A stretch of 64,000 nucleotides of DNA from Vicugna vicugna (lineage: Eukaryota): contig MU058289.1 of NCBI GenBank assembly GCA_013265495.1, positions 1,423,451 to 1,487,450 of the forward strand, read 5' to 3'. Both the position numbers and the translations under genes were made by a program. The notes below the pieces were generated by a model. It was not told the DNA's origin and ran no database searches. It was given only the letters and a program-made list of their open reading frames with translations. Positions 52,401-64,000 of this stretch are shown one piece after another. Within the stretch, counting starts at the first letter, position 1. The number at the start of each line of letters is the position of its first letter.

Positions 52401-55400
52401 GGTGGAAACCAGCTTTCATTGCGTATTCACAGTGACCTAAACTTTCCAGCGCTATTTTATATGCCTGCAAAGAAATTGTTTTCAAGAGTCAAGATTTCAT
52501 AGCAGATTATAAACTGGCAAGGTCCAACAAAAATAGAACTGTTAAATTTCTACAGTTATTAAAAGACATGAGGCCAACTACTATCTTATTATTCTCTCTA
52601 ATTCGTTCAACATCACATCTTTAACTCCTTTCCTTGTTTCAATCCCTCAGATATTAATGTGCCAGTTCTGGAAAACTTACTTGCAGAGCACTGTCAATTT
52701 TTATGTTCAGTTCTTTTAGCTGGTGCTCAGGAATTGCTGCACTTTGAGAACAGAAGAGCTGCTGAACTTCAATTCCTGCCAGGCGGCCATCACAGCCTCT
52801 TTCTCTTAGTCTAGATGTTGCCTGCAACAGAAAAAGTGACTGGTAGGTACAAGAAGATGTTACAGATACTAGTAAAATTAAAAAACAAACAAAAAAAACA
52901 ACTAAAATATAGCAAGAAACTAAGCATCAGATATAAACCAGACACTCTGGATTGTTTGTATTATGAAGTGAGCAGCCAGAAATTTAGCCTAAAAGCCTAA
53001 ATCAAGCACTAGAGGGAAAGCAAATCTGTACAGCACTACCTTATTTAAGAAACCCTGGAAAAAAGACTTACCTACCTGTCATATTATATATATAATACAT
53101 ATGTAAATAAAACAGTCACATTTCAAATTTCTCTGCTTTAATAAGATAGATACCCTAGAATATTGGCACTTGGGAGTTCCCAGGATTGAAAAAATTATAT
53201 ATGGTTGGGTGGTTCTGTATATAAAGGAAAAAACTTCATTATCAGGAAAAGAATAGGAAAAAACGTACATTGGAACATTAAAGGAGAAACAGAGCTTTTG
53301 ATATCTGCACAGAAAAATGAAATACTTATTGTTTAGTCATTAAATATGTTTATAAAGAGCACGTAAGACAGAAAAACAAGAAGGAATTAATCTATGTCTT
53401 GTGATGAAATGTAAGCTGTCTATACATATGGGCCAGGACTAGAGAATACAGAAAAATATATATTTGATTTATTAGAGTGAAGGAGGGATTCAGGATGAAC
53501 TGTCTTTCAATTTTTCAATGTATATGTTTGTTGCAATAATATTTGTGCAACAAATATCACTTTTTAACAGTTAATTTTTGTTCTTCAAGCCAAAGTAGAA
53601 GTTGTAATATTTACCAAAACTGCAGGACTAGGACTACAGAAAAGTAACTAGCAGCTATAATGCTATAAATGTTCAAACTTCACAAATTCTATATGAATAC
53701 CAACCACTGCCTGAGCCTTCACAGTCTCATAGTTTAAGACCATTTGACTCCCTTTCTAGGAATTTAAGGATGTAGCCCACAAGGTCTTGTGCAAGGTGTC
53801 ACTGGATAGACAGTGGAGCACAAAGCCTGGTCCCTACCACCTGGGAGCTGACAGCCTCAAGAGTTGAAAAGGCAAACAAATAAAACATTAAAAAAATTTT
53901 TAAATGGAGAAAAATGCCCCAGGGGAAATAAAGAAGTGTAACAGGGAGTGCCCGAGACACTGAAAACTCACCATTTAGGCTGAGGGTTTAAGAAGGAGGA
54001 GGCAGTCAGCGGAAGTAGGGGTTAGGGGTCGGGGTGGGCCAGGCAGAAACGTCGGCAAAGGAACTAGCACTCAGTGAGAAGGGGTGAGAGTGGCCTCAGA
54101 TGAGGCTGGTGAGGAGGCAGGAGCCAGACTGTGTGGGCCTAGGCAGGTCAGGGGGACGGGTCCACACTTCACCCTAAGGAAATGGAGAGAGATGAAGGAT
54201 GGCAACACAGGAAGGGGAGAAGCGAGTCCAGCCACTGCAGCCATCAGGGGAGGTAATGATTCCCTGAACTAAGGTAGTGATAGTGGACACAGGAAAAAAA
54301 AGGGACAGATTTGTAGCATTTTGGGGGTGGAACCTGCAGGGCTTTCTTATGGACCAGATGCAGATGTGAAAGACAGATTGGAGGATACATCTCTGATTTC
54401 TTGAGTGAAGAATGGGGGGTGGCACCCCTAGTACTTGCTTGCCTTTGGCAAGATTTGGGGAGAAACAGGTGCATGTGGAAAAGATGAGGCCTGAGCCACC
54501 AGAGGAAGACAGCAGCTGAATCCAGGGCCCCGGAGCCCACAGGGAAGTGGACTGGGCACACACATTTGATGGCCCCCAGCACACAAGCAGTTTTTAAAGC
54601 TCCAAGACAAGATTGAGGTCGCTCTCTCTCTCTCTTGCTTTCCGAGATGGCCCACACTGTCTATGGAGTGTGTATCTGCTTTCACTTTAAATTAAATACC
54701 CCGACACCTTTCTGAGATGGCCCACATTCTGCCTATGGAGTGTATATCTCCTAAGCCATTTTCCCTTCTGAGTGAGACAGACCCCACTCTGTCCACGGAG
54801 TGTGTATCTCTCTAAATAAACTTGCTTTCACTTTACCAAAAACAAACAAAAAACCCCCAAAAAACCAAAAAACACTAGATGGAGACCCCCAAGGGAAAAG
54901 GACACCTAGACCTGAGCCTTGAGAAACTCACATTCATAAGTTGTGCTGAAGGGAAGATAGCAAAGTGGATGGAGAGGACAGCCCAAGAGGTAAGAGGGTA
55001 ACAAAGAATGCCTGGTTCTCCACAAGGAGAGGATTTCCAGGGCCTATGTTGCTGTGAGCTGCTGAATGGAGTCAAAGGTTCCTTGGATTTCTGCCAAATT
55101 ACACGGAAGGCAGTACTGACCTTGACAAGAGAAGGCGTGTTTCTGCATAGGAGTGGAAGCCAGATTTTAGTGAGCTGAATGATGCCACTTATATAAATTT
55201 CATATTGTGCAAAATAATATTATTCATCATTAATGGATACATGCATATAGAATAAAAGTATTAAAATGTGCATAGGAGTCACAAACTCCAAAATCAAAAA
55301 AGGTGATCTCTAGAGAGAAAGGAATACGAATAAGACAGTGGAGAGGTTCAAAGGGAATTCAACTGCATTTGTAATATTTTTCTGTTAAAAATAAAAGGTA

Positions 55401-57078
55401 TGAAGCAAATGTGGCCAAAAATGGTGATTCATTTTGACAAAGCTAAATAAGGAAGACATATGGGTATGCATGACATTTCCTATATGCTTGAAATGTTTCA
55501 TACTAATAATCTTTTTTAGAGTGGATCAAGGGTGAGGTGAACAATTCTTTCAAGAAGTTAAGAAAGAAAAGAGCAGAGAAACAGGGCAGGACAGGGTGGA
55601 TTTTTGTTTGTAAGCATACCCGTGTACTGGTGGGAGCATGCAAGGACAGAAAGAAAATACAGGGTCCCACCACAGAAGCCCTGAGGTAGGGCAGGGTGGG
55701 GACAGGGCAGACTCTGCACACGAGAGGAGATCTCGTCCCCTGTAATGAAGGGGAAGGAAGAGAAGAGGGTCTGAACAGGGGGGTAGGGCGTGTTATTTTG
55801 GCGGCCATGGAGAGGGGCTGCTGCCAGGTTGATTCTCTTTTCTCGGTGTGTGTGGGGTAGGGTCTCTGGCTGGAAGCACAGGAAGGCAGGCAGAAAGGCC
55901 TGGGCAGACTGAAGCAGGTGAAGGTAAAGGTCAAAGTGAGAAGGTCAAGGGAGCGCCAGGAGGCCTCGCTTGGACTGGCTTCTCAGTGTGAATGATGCCA
56001 ACAGGTAGAGTGGAGAAGACCCTGAGTCAGGTAGGAAGGGTGTGAATGTGAGCTGTGTGATCAGGAGGTGGGAGCCTGGCAGCCAGGAGGGCACAGATGG
56101 TTGTGAGATGAGAGCACAGAGGTGTGGACCCCACTGCCCAGCCCCCTGCAACGAAGTCAACAGGTCCCACTGCCACCTTCAACCCCCAATCAGCATTTCA
56201 GGGCTGCTCTGATAAACACCAAAAACAGGCCCAAACAAGCAAGCAAAAAGGGAAAAGAAATTCAGAAGAAATAACAACAATGCAGGAGAACAGCATAAAA
56301 CTGTAATAAGAAAATCAGAGAATGTACAATGGTAAAATGTTGAAAGATCATATTTAAAAATTTAATTAAAGACGACTTCTAAATCATAAAGTGAAATAGT
56401 TTGCCAATTTCATTAAGGAATGAATGATTCAAAGTAAACATTAAAAGGCCAACAAGAAACATGCCATCACCAGCTGCATGCCCACTGAGCTGCCTGGCTG
56501 AGCACTCACCCCCCGCAGCTGGTCCTTCCCGACAGGCTCCAGCCTCTCCTCCCCGGCACTTGCTGGAGGCAGGGCCCTTCCCCTGGGCTCCTGCACACCT
56601 CCACCAGAGCTCCTCAGCCCTGTGTCTGTCAGCCCTTTCTCCTAGGAGGCTGTGAGCAGAGGCTGCCACCCCAGTGCCTGGCGCATGGCTGGCCCGAAAT
56701 GGGCATTTACAAAGACATTCACTGCTAAATGAATGAACAAGCTAACGACAGCAGCTTAAGACTCACACATCTAAATAAAACAGCTCTTTTAAGAACCAAC
56801 AGGCAAAGGCCCTCTGCAGCCTCTCCTATTTGAACAGAGGGCACCCATCTCCCCAAAGTCAGGGTTACCTCAGCAGCACCCCGCCAGGATCGCACCGCCT
56901 CCTCCAGCTCCGGGGTGTGGCCCATGCCAGATAAGCTGCCACTGCCGCCACTGCTCTTTTTTTCTGGCACAACCACCTCGGCAAAGCAAGAGTGAGCCAC
57001 TGGCTGGACCTTCTGTAATGCCTGGGTCAAAAACTGGAAATGGACCTGCACCACTGTCAGGAAACATCGCCCCAGCAC
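34151..57078 (-). CDS. GARRE1: Granule-associated Rac and RHOG effector 1 (KIAA0355), 5'-truncated: last 12 coding exons, 2718 nt (905 aa + stop)
   Basis: Exons join in frame with GT-AG ends: 56869-57078, 52681-52821, 52369-52464, 52086-52247, 51005-51163, 48809-48906, 43465-43590, 41302-42335, 38120-38285, 37266-37403, 34976-35054, 34151-34459. The C-terminus ...KGFKAFPGKAERRPAYLPQY* and the position upstream of GPI match the mammalian GARRE1-GPI arrangement. Confidence 0.95.
34588..34785. mobile_element. MER3-like hAT MITE
   Basis: CCAACAGAACT...GAAATGTTCT...TGTGGCTAGTGCAACTGA...AGCCACATGCGGCTAATGGCT...TGGACAGC. Confidence 0.7.
34976..35054 (-). CDS. GARRE1: GARRE1 penultimate coding exon
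   Basis: KHSSGEQETSTLPSPPLLTTVEDVNQ; 79 nt. Confidence 0.92.
35965..36340 (+). mobile_element. MaLR solo LTR (MLT1A/B-like)
   Basis: CTCAGAATGTGACTGTA, GCCTCCAGAACTGTGAGAAAATAAATTT, GCCCTAGCAAAC. Confidence 0.8.
37266..37403 (-). CDS. GARRE1: GARRE1 coding exon
   Basis: DGLHSGWSGAQGDSASSSDETSSANGDSLFSMFSGPDLVAAVKQR(R); 138 nt. Confidence 0.93.
38120..38285 (-). CDS. GARRE1: GARRE1 coding exon
   Basis: (V)GSDPEFARYVAGVSQAMQQKRQ...HRTWPFPEFFAE(G); 166 nt. Confidence 0.93.
39560..40830 (-). mobile_element. Old L1 fragment(s)
   Basis: T-rich + strand with L1 ORF2-like antisense segments; younger L1 3' stub at ~40680-40725. Confidence 0.5.
41302..42335 (-). CDS. GARRE1: GARRE1 large coding exon
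   Basis: EQALPCIQIQLQREICDFGNQ...GEILPFDPA; 1034 nt, P/Q-rich; contains ORF 41294..42085. Confidence 0.94.
43465..43590 (-). CDS. GARRE1: GARRE1 coding exon
   Basis: (W)CLKEDPATMSLLQRSLDPEKTLGLVDVLYTAVLDLTRWRAG(R); 126 nt. Confidence 0.92.
44100..45660 (+). mobile_element. L2 LINE fragment
   Basis: Pyrimidine-rich L2-like segments (CCAGGCTTTCATCCCC...AAACAGCT, CAGTCTAGACCTT, AAATCCACACCCCTCA). Confidence 0.6.
46200..46750 (+). mobile_element. L2 3' end
   Basis: CCTCAGGCCTTTGCACTTGCTGTTTCTTCTGCCTGGAATGCTCT...TAGGCACTCAATAAATATTTGCTGAA. Confidence 0.75.
47490..47711 (+). mobile_element. Young 5'-truncated L1 3' end with perfect 16 bp TSD
   Basis: TGTATAGCACAGGGAA...ACAACATTGTAAA...AATAAA, A tail; TSD AAAAAGAGATGTTTCA at 47474-47489 and 47712-47727. 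Confidence 0.85.
48809..48906 (-). CDS. GARRE1: GARRE1 coding exon
   Basis: VVVDTAQIENKEAYAPQISLEGSRIVVQVPST(W); 98 nt; not in the ORF track. Confidence 0.92.
51005..51163 (-). CDS. GARRE1: GARRE1 coding exon
   Basis: HTMLQLIKEAGCYNG...AVQLLFGQAGL; 159 nt. Confidence 0.93.
51550..51770 (+). mobile_element. MIR SINE
   Basis: GCTCTGGAAACAGACTG...CTAGCTGTGTGACCTTGGGCCTCAGTTCCTC...AAATGG core. Confidence 0.7.
52086..52247 (-). CDS. GARRE1: GARRE1 coding exon
   Basis: GCCSEAEAQQTGRRQ...NESAADNLKLKT; 162 nt. Confidence 0.93.
52369..52464 (-). CDS. GARRE1: GARRE1 coding exon
   Basis: AYKIALESLGHCEYAMKAGFHLNPKAIEASLQ; 96 nt. Confidence 0.93.
52681..52821 (-). CDS. GARRE1: GARRE1 coding exon
   Basis: ATSRLRE...IPEHQLKELNIKIDSALQ; 141 nt; CAG acceptor, GTAAGT donor. 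Confidence 0.92.
56869..57078 (-). CDS. GARRE1: GARRE1 coding exon
   Basis: VLGRCFLTVVQVHFQ...EEAVRSWRGAAE; 210 nt. Confidence 0.93.
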
Positions 57079-60000
57079 CTGTGAAAACAAGGGAGCCAGG
57101 AAGTTTTAGGTTGTGGGGTGCTACTGAATTACTGCAACAGATTCTTAACTATCGATTTGAGTGAGGTAACAACTAGAAACCTGAAATCATCTGAAGTTAA
57201 AAAGTCACCATGCTTTTAGAAGAATCTGCCTTTGTTCTCATGTTTGGACCTGGTGGCCTGATGCCTGGAAGTCAAAACGTTTCACCCAAACAGAAGCCCC
57301 CAGGTTCAGACGAATCTTCCCATGTCCCACCGGGCCTCCTCCTCCTGTGCTCCACTCCCCTCATCTGAACTCGCTCACAACAATCCCGGGTGTCTATGAA
57401 CTCCTTCTGAACCAGAGCAGCCCACAATCCCAATTAGAGCCACACCATATTCAGAAGGCTGCATGATTAAAAAATCCAAAAGGTCAGTTTGACTATAAGA
57501 AGACGTTCTACTGGAAATGGAATCTAAAGATACAGGTTATTTTGGGAACAGTGTTATTAACATAGCTATTACCCCAGTTTATTAACACAGCTGTATGCCC
57601 TATTTCCAGTCTTACGAAACAAAGCTGACAGACCAGTCTCCTCGGAGTCAACAAACATACTGGTTAAGTCCGTTCATCAGAACAGTAGAAATCCACTTAC
57701 CTGATACATAAGAGTTGACTGGTTGATACAGTAGTCTATTAAAGTAGAAAATTCATTTGAAAAAACTATACACATAACACCATGTTAATATATACTATTA
57801 ATATGTAATAATAACAATATATACTAAAAATACTACTTACCTTAAACATTTTAAGATACAAATATGCATTTATCTGCCAATCTCTGGCACTGGCTAAGGC
57901 TGTTCTCTGACATTATTTGTTGTTCTCTGCGTCAGCTACAACGTGTTCTCTATGACTTCCTACTTTTTTTTCTTCAAAGGGGAGCAAGAATTTGCCACTT
58001 GCAAAGCAACCTGAGCAGTTATTGACATTTCCCCCAAATCTTTTACAGTTGTTCTGCCCACACCGAATTTTACAATAACAACAAAAACTTTTGGTAACTC
58101 TTTTATCATGTTCCATAACATTAAAAAAAATTTTAACAGAAGGTATTTCATATTTCATCAGCTTACACAGTGGATTATTTACCAAAAATTACTCATTTAC
58201 TGAGTTTATAATTTACACTGAGAGGCCCCACTTGCTGCCAGCATTCAGTGCACAGCCTTAGGGAGGTGGTGAAGGTTGAGGAGGAGGTGACGGTTTCCAC
58301 TGCCTTTTACAAGGAACTAAAACCTGACCCCAGCGCCCACACTTTGGCCCAGTCCTGTTCCTTGGAGCAGCCAAAAGTAAGACTCAACCTTGAACCTCTC
58401 CCTCCCAGTACACATTTCAGATGCTGCCCTTTTCCATCCTACTGGTCAGAGCTCCTCTTCCTGGAGAAAGAGAGTTGTCAGGCAAGTTCCCAGTGATGAC
58501 ACTTATTCCGTCTGAATTATTTTCCCCTGTGGAAATCACCAGGACAAAGCTAAAATAAACACAAACACACAAATCTCACCCCAAAGCACCCTCCCTCGAT
58601 AGTGAACACAGAATTATAGCTGAACTCTCACCCAAACCTCCTGGGTTTCCACTCATACCTCCCTCAAAGCTCCTCCCCATCAATGATCTGTGCCAGATGG
58701 GGCAGAGTGAGCCACACACAGGAAGCAGACCTAGCAACCCAGAGATTTGTGACATGAATAGAAAAAAACTGTATTTATTTAGTACTATACATAACAGCCA
58801 GCCTGAATTGAACACTAAATGCTATGCTAAAGATTTCACATGTATTATCTCATTTAATCCTAGGAACGAGCATATAAAGTCATTTACATTTCACAAGCAG
58901 TAAGAAGTAAGGCACAGAAAGGTTATGAAACTTTGTCAAGGGGACACAAACTGGATGCGGTAGAATAGTCACTTGACTCAAGTGTCTATGCCCTTAGCCA
59001 GTGTGCTCTGCTGCCTTCAACAGGCTCTACACACCTAGATCCAGCTGTGGGCTGCCAGCACTGAGACCAGGCACATGACAGAAACTCAACCTTAACTGGC
59101 TTAGGTCAGAGTGACATGGTGTCCTGAAACTCTACACAATGCAAACCCAGGGGGAGGCGTGCAGCTGGGTCCCCAGGCACACAAACTCTCCCTCCTCCTC
59201 CTCCCTTAGTCACTTGGCAGGCTGCGGCAGAGAGAGAGAAGGGAGAAGTAGAGATGCCATGCACCATTTGCTCTGGGCTCACATCCTTACAGCTTCTGAC
59301 AGATAAAACTGAGTCATTCGTTCTTTCAACAAATGTTGTAGTATGTGAATGCCTGATATGTACAAAGCACAAACACCAGAGGATACTACAAGTCACTGTC
59401 CTCAGGAGGGTTACCTTCCAATGGCAGGGAACAAACCAGTAAGTAGATATGCAAAGTCAGAGGCTACTGGAGAAGGAACACTAAGGGGCAAGGTGGGAAG
59501 GAAAAGGCCCTCTGAGAAACAGAACAAGGGAATAAAGGGAGCAACCCCTCCCCCTTCTAAAGGAAAGTTCTGGGAAAGGCCTCTAAAGGCATGATGCAGG
59601 CTCCAGGGCCCAGAATGGGACATTCTGTGATAAAGCTGGCTGGGGGTAGGTGGGGGTTGGGGAGGGTCCTCTTCCTGAGGGGCAGAATGATGGAAGGAGG
59701 ATGCTGCTACTGCAGGAATAAACAGGGGAAGAGATGATGGACAGTTTTAAAAGGCGGACATGTGGAATGTTGCCTCCACCACTTATTACATGTTTGACCT
59801 TGGGCGAGTCATGTAATCTAAACTTCTTCCCTAGGTATAAGAAATGATGAGAACAAGAGCTCACCATCTCCCCTCTCCTACCCATGAAGTATGGAGTACA
59901 AATTATGGTTATGACAAAATATTTCTGCTGTAAACAATTCATTAAAAGCCAATCAAACCAATGGTTACCCTGGATCTTGGAAAAGCTGTTTAAAGAGTAT

Positions 60001-60419
60001 CTATACGTATGTTAAACACCACCTTTTTGGAGGGAGGACAGAACTCAACTTCCAGCCCGCCTGGGCCTATCTTTTCTCTACAGTATCTCCTGGCTTAGCC
60101 CAGTTCCCCTCCTGTAACAGACCCCAACCTCCCTGACAGAGGGATGGACCAGTCCTTGGGGTGTTCCTGAGAAACCTGGGAAGAAACATAGACTCTAAAG
60201 TCATGAATTTGGAAGCACGTGACCCGAGGGCCGAGGACAGCTATTTCCTCCTTCACAGGGAGAACTCCTGGACTGCGGGATTCAGTGAGGCTGCAGAACA
60301 GATGTGGCAAGCTGGGGGACAAATGAGTGGAGTGGTCAAAGAGAGAGACATTTTAAATGTCAGTGAGTTTAAAATGTCAATGGAGCTATATAGTTCCAGG
60401 TCTATTGACAGCTACCGTT

Positions 60420-60630
60420 ATGTACTGAGTGCTGAACCCATAGCAAGCACTTTACATGCAGTGAAACAACTCTGTGGGGTGAGGGTAGTTCAGCCATTTT
60501 ACAGATGACAACACTGAGGCTTAGAGAGAGAAAGAAACTCGTTCCAATGTCAAGCAGGTAATAAGTAGTGCAGTAGAGATCTGATGCCATGTCTGTTTGA
60601 CTCCAAAAACTGTGTTCTAACCACCAGGCT
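60420..60630 (-). mobile_element. MIR SINE
   Basis: CCATTTTACAGATGACAACACTGAGGCTTAGAGAG core. Confidence 0.65.
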
Positions 60631-63029
60631 GCTCTATCTTCATATGACAACATCCAAGACATAGTCACAATAGTGGTTAAGGATACCAAGAAGGGGAGAG
60701 GAATTCTGTGCAGGAATCCCAATGTCTCCCATAGAGCGTCAGGCCCTGTAGTGGGAACGGAGACTGAGAAGCATGGCTCAGTTTTCTCTGACAGTGGGAA
60801 AGGGATTGGGACAAGGGTAGTTAAGTGCCCATGGCACTCAAGTGTGGCATGAGTCTCAAAGTTTATGATCTGGACAGCCAGCAGAGAGCAGCTGCTAAGA
60901 TTGGCTGGAAACAGCAACGATAAACCGGGAGAGGGCACGCGGGGCCTGGGAAAAAGAGCAGCTTCTCTTACCGCTGAGGAATTCCAAACCCCAAACATCT
61001 GTTCAGTCCTTCAGCATGTCAGCCTCATTTAAGAATTATGAAGAAAGCAATCAGATTTAATCTTACCTTTGGCATTTGCATTAAAAAAAATCCATTCACA
61101 CCAAGGCATCCCAAGTTGACGGAATTTGGGGGAAACATGAGGCTATTATCAGACTTTTGCCTTAAGAGAAGCCTTTTGGTGTGACTTAAATTTCTCATAA
61201 AGGACCAATTCCTGAATACAGACGATCAGTGACCTTGCCACTTCTAGCTCCAAATGTCCATGCAACATTCTGGATTGTTCAGCCATTGAAGATCTACTGA
61301 AATGAACCCTTGTTTCCTGGGAACCTCTGATGGTGGAGGAAAAGGGCACACGTTTACTTTCCCATTTCTCTGTAAACATACCACATGCGCTGCTAAGGCT
61401 ATTATGTCCATGGATAGAACCAGGACATTTTTTCTTTCTGGATTTTTATATTCTATTAAAACAGATTTTAGTTTAAGGTCACCCTGCTTTGAGCCCCAAA
61501 AGACCACCCTTTAGACACCACCATAGCTATGGAGGATCAACTCAATTCTACCTTCCTAGAATATTTTCAAAATCTTAGTTACTCCTCTTCTAGGGCCAGG
61601 GCCTGACTCAGCCCTTAATACAGCTGTATGTATTCAAATTATGGAGTGCCCAAGTCCACCGCGTCTCCCTCACACCTTGTGATTTTCGTATCAATATACA
61701 CAGTGTCTCACTAAGTTCATTTTCTGCTCAACTTCGCTGAACAATTTGTTTCTCACATCCCTACAGAGTGAAGAACAAGTAAAACTCACGTATACCATAC
61801 TGTTGAACATTTCCAGGGGTTCTACCATTTATTTCTGACCAGTTTAAAAGTCTAGAGTGAATGAAATGAAGTTGACTGGGATTGGCTGCTTTTATTAGAA
61901 ATTCCAAAGTCATTCAATCATTTATTTCTCTTCAACACTTACTTATACCTTAAACATTACAGATGGTTCCAAGTGTTCTCAATCTTGCTCCTCTGTTCGT
62001 ATGATAATTCCAGAGTTATTACATAATGACCTAACCAACAGACCAGAATGTGATACAAAGATCTAAATGTGTCTCCAGAGAAATAGAGAATGCAGTAGAC
62101 CATGCCTGGACTATGGAAAGTGCTTTATGGAGATAAAATTACAGTATAAAAATGAAGAAAACAAGCTTACTGAAACTAACATGTATAGTCTGATCTAAAA
62201 GCTGGTAACAGTGAGTGTTTAAATATTTAAAAATAAGAAAACAACTAACAAAAACAAAAATCTCTTTGCAGTCAGTAATAACCTAGAGCACAGAGAAGCT
62301 GCCATGCTACGTACAGAAGAGAGAATTAGTGACACACTAGTGAAGGAAAGAAAGCAAACATGCCCCAAGGTGGCTGAGCCAATGGCAAACGCTAATTATT
62401 CAGACAAGATGACATTCTGCCCCTGGACACGCTGCGCTATTGCTGGTAAAAATACCAATAGCGACTGTTTCTGAACTCCTACTTTGTTGGTCAAGCACTG
62501 TGGTGCACAAAACCTTTTACACTGGTAATACATATTCACTGCAAATAAATTAGGGGGGAAAGATCAGCTAAATAAAGAAATAAAGAGTATCATCAAACAT
62601 TACTAACTAGATACAACCACTGATTACATGTTTCGTATACAGTCTACATTTGTACTTGCAGATTTAAATTACCTCATAGCCTGCTTTGCAAACTAAAACA
62701 TGTCAAAAATGTCTTACCATGCAACACACATAGGAAGTTTTATATTTCAGCTACACTGCTATGAATCTTAACGTAACTAACAAGGATAATTATAAAATAT
62801 CATCTAGGACATGAAAAAGTGAAAGGCCACTCAGGGTAACTAAGTCCACATCATTTATGGTAGAAAAAGGGCTGTACTCTTAGAGTAATTTCTCCCATTC
62901 AAAATGTGAGTTTCCTCCATAAACAAGCAAATTAATGCTGTGAGTTTATACTGAGCAGAGATAAAAATATATATAAGTCACCCAGCAGACAGCATATGGC
63001 CCAGAAGCCTATTAGAGTTTAGTAAATTC

Positions 63030-63126
63030 TTTTTTTTTTCCCTCTTAGTGGAGGTACTGGGGGATGAACCCAGGACCTCATGCATGCTAAGCATGTGCTC
63101 TACCACTTTGGGCTATACCCTCCCCC
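63030..63126 (-). mobile_element. tRNA-derived SINE (Vic-1-like)
   Basis: Poly-T, then GAGGTACTGGGGGATGAACCCAGGACCTC...CTATACCCTCCCCC; approximate TSD AGTT(T/C)AGTAAAT. Confidence 0.85.
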
Positions 63127-64000
63127 TAGTTCAGTAAATCCTTTTTGTTGATGTCGTGTAACTTTTTAAATTAAAAGTTGTCACTTCAATTAAGAAGCAA
63201 ATACTAAACTTGCTCAAATGATAAAATGATTAAAAAGACAAACAAGAGGATACATGAGTGGAAATTCTGACTCCATGAACATGATGGTCATCACGTCACT
63301 TTGGGAGGGGCCCTCTGCACCCTAGGTGATACGGTACCAGCCTCACAATGTTACCTCACTGAGATAGGGATCACCATCCCCATTTGACAGACAGGGACGC
63401 TGTCTGCCACTTTATTCACATGGTATTCCAACTGGTGGTAACTGTGGCTAGCCGGGCTGAGGTGAGGAAGGGGGTCTCACACATCCTCTCAGCAGGAGCT
63501 AAGATGGTGGGCTCCTCCCTCGTTCCTGAAACACCTGCTTCCCTTGGCTTCCAAGTCACTGCACTTACTCCACTGTCCTCCTCCCTCTCTGGCTGCTCCT
63601 CTTGTGTACTCCTTGGCTGCTTCTTATCATCTCCTGACCTATAAACCTCAGAGTGCCCTAGCGCTCACTCTTCCTGGTATTTCCCGCTTTGGTTCTCTAG
63701 CTACATTCACTTTCTTGGGAATCCTGTCCAGTTTTACGGCTTTAAATACCACCTACTGACTGCTAGTTCCCACATTCATGTCTCCAGTCTAGACCTCAAC
63801 ACTGAACTTCAGGTTTGTACATCCATCTATCAACTTGACGCCACCCCCTGGATGTCTAATAGGCACTGCAGACCTACTATTCTGGCGCACTCTTCCCCCA
63901 CGGTCCCCACCTCAGCAAACAGCACTACAGTTCCTCATGGCAGAAACCCTGGAGTCAACTCTGACCTTTGTCTCCCTCTCCGCTTCTTCTCCTCCTTCCC

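Noticed and set aside
60402..60998. 198 aa minus-strand ORF as an upstream GARRE1 exon
   Set aside because: It overlaps a MIR and does not resemble GARRE1; the missing N-terminal exon lies outside the window.

Overview
This is a mammalian genomic window, most likely camelid judging by the tRNA-derived SINEs. It holds two genes in tandem on the minus strand. The first is the complete glucose-6-phosphate isomerase gene GPI: 18 coding exons from 25397 to 635, 558 aa, all GT-AG introns, catalytic E358/H389/K519 intact. The second is the last 12 coding exons (905 aa plus stop) and 3'UTR of GARRE1/KIAA0355, whose 5' end lies beyond the window. Two CpG islands lie upstream of GPI, and SINE, L1, L2, MIR, MaLR and DNA-transposon remnants are scattered throughout. 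The standout structure is GPI intron 9 (4791-14441), most of which is a ~50-53 bp minisatellite of several apparent ages, interrupted by an L2 fragment. On the transcribed strand it forms a dense array of 5' splice-site (U1 snRNP) consensus motifs, which persist even where the repeat has decayed. Its core also carries 13 perfect NR5A/ERR sites (YCAAGGTCA). Repeat-family names and cross-species comparisons are from recognition, not database searches.
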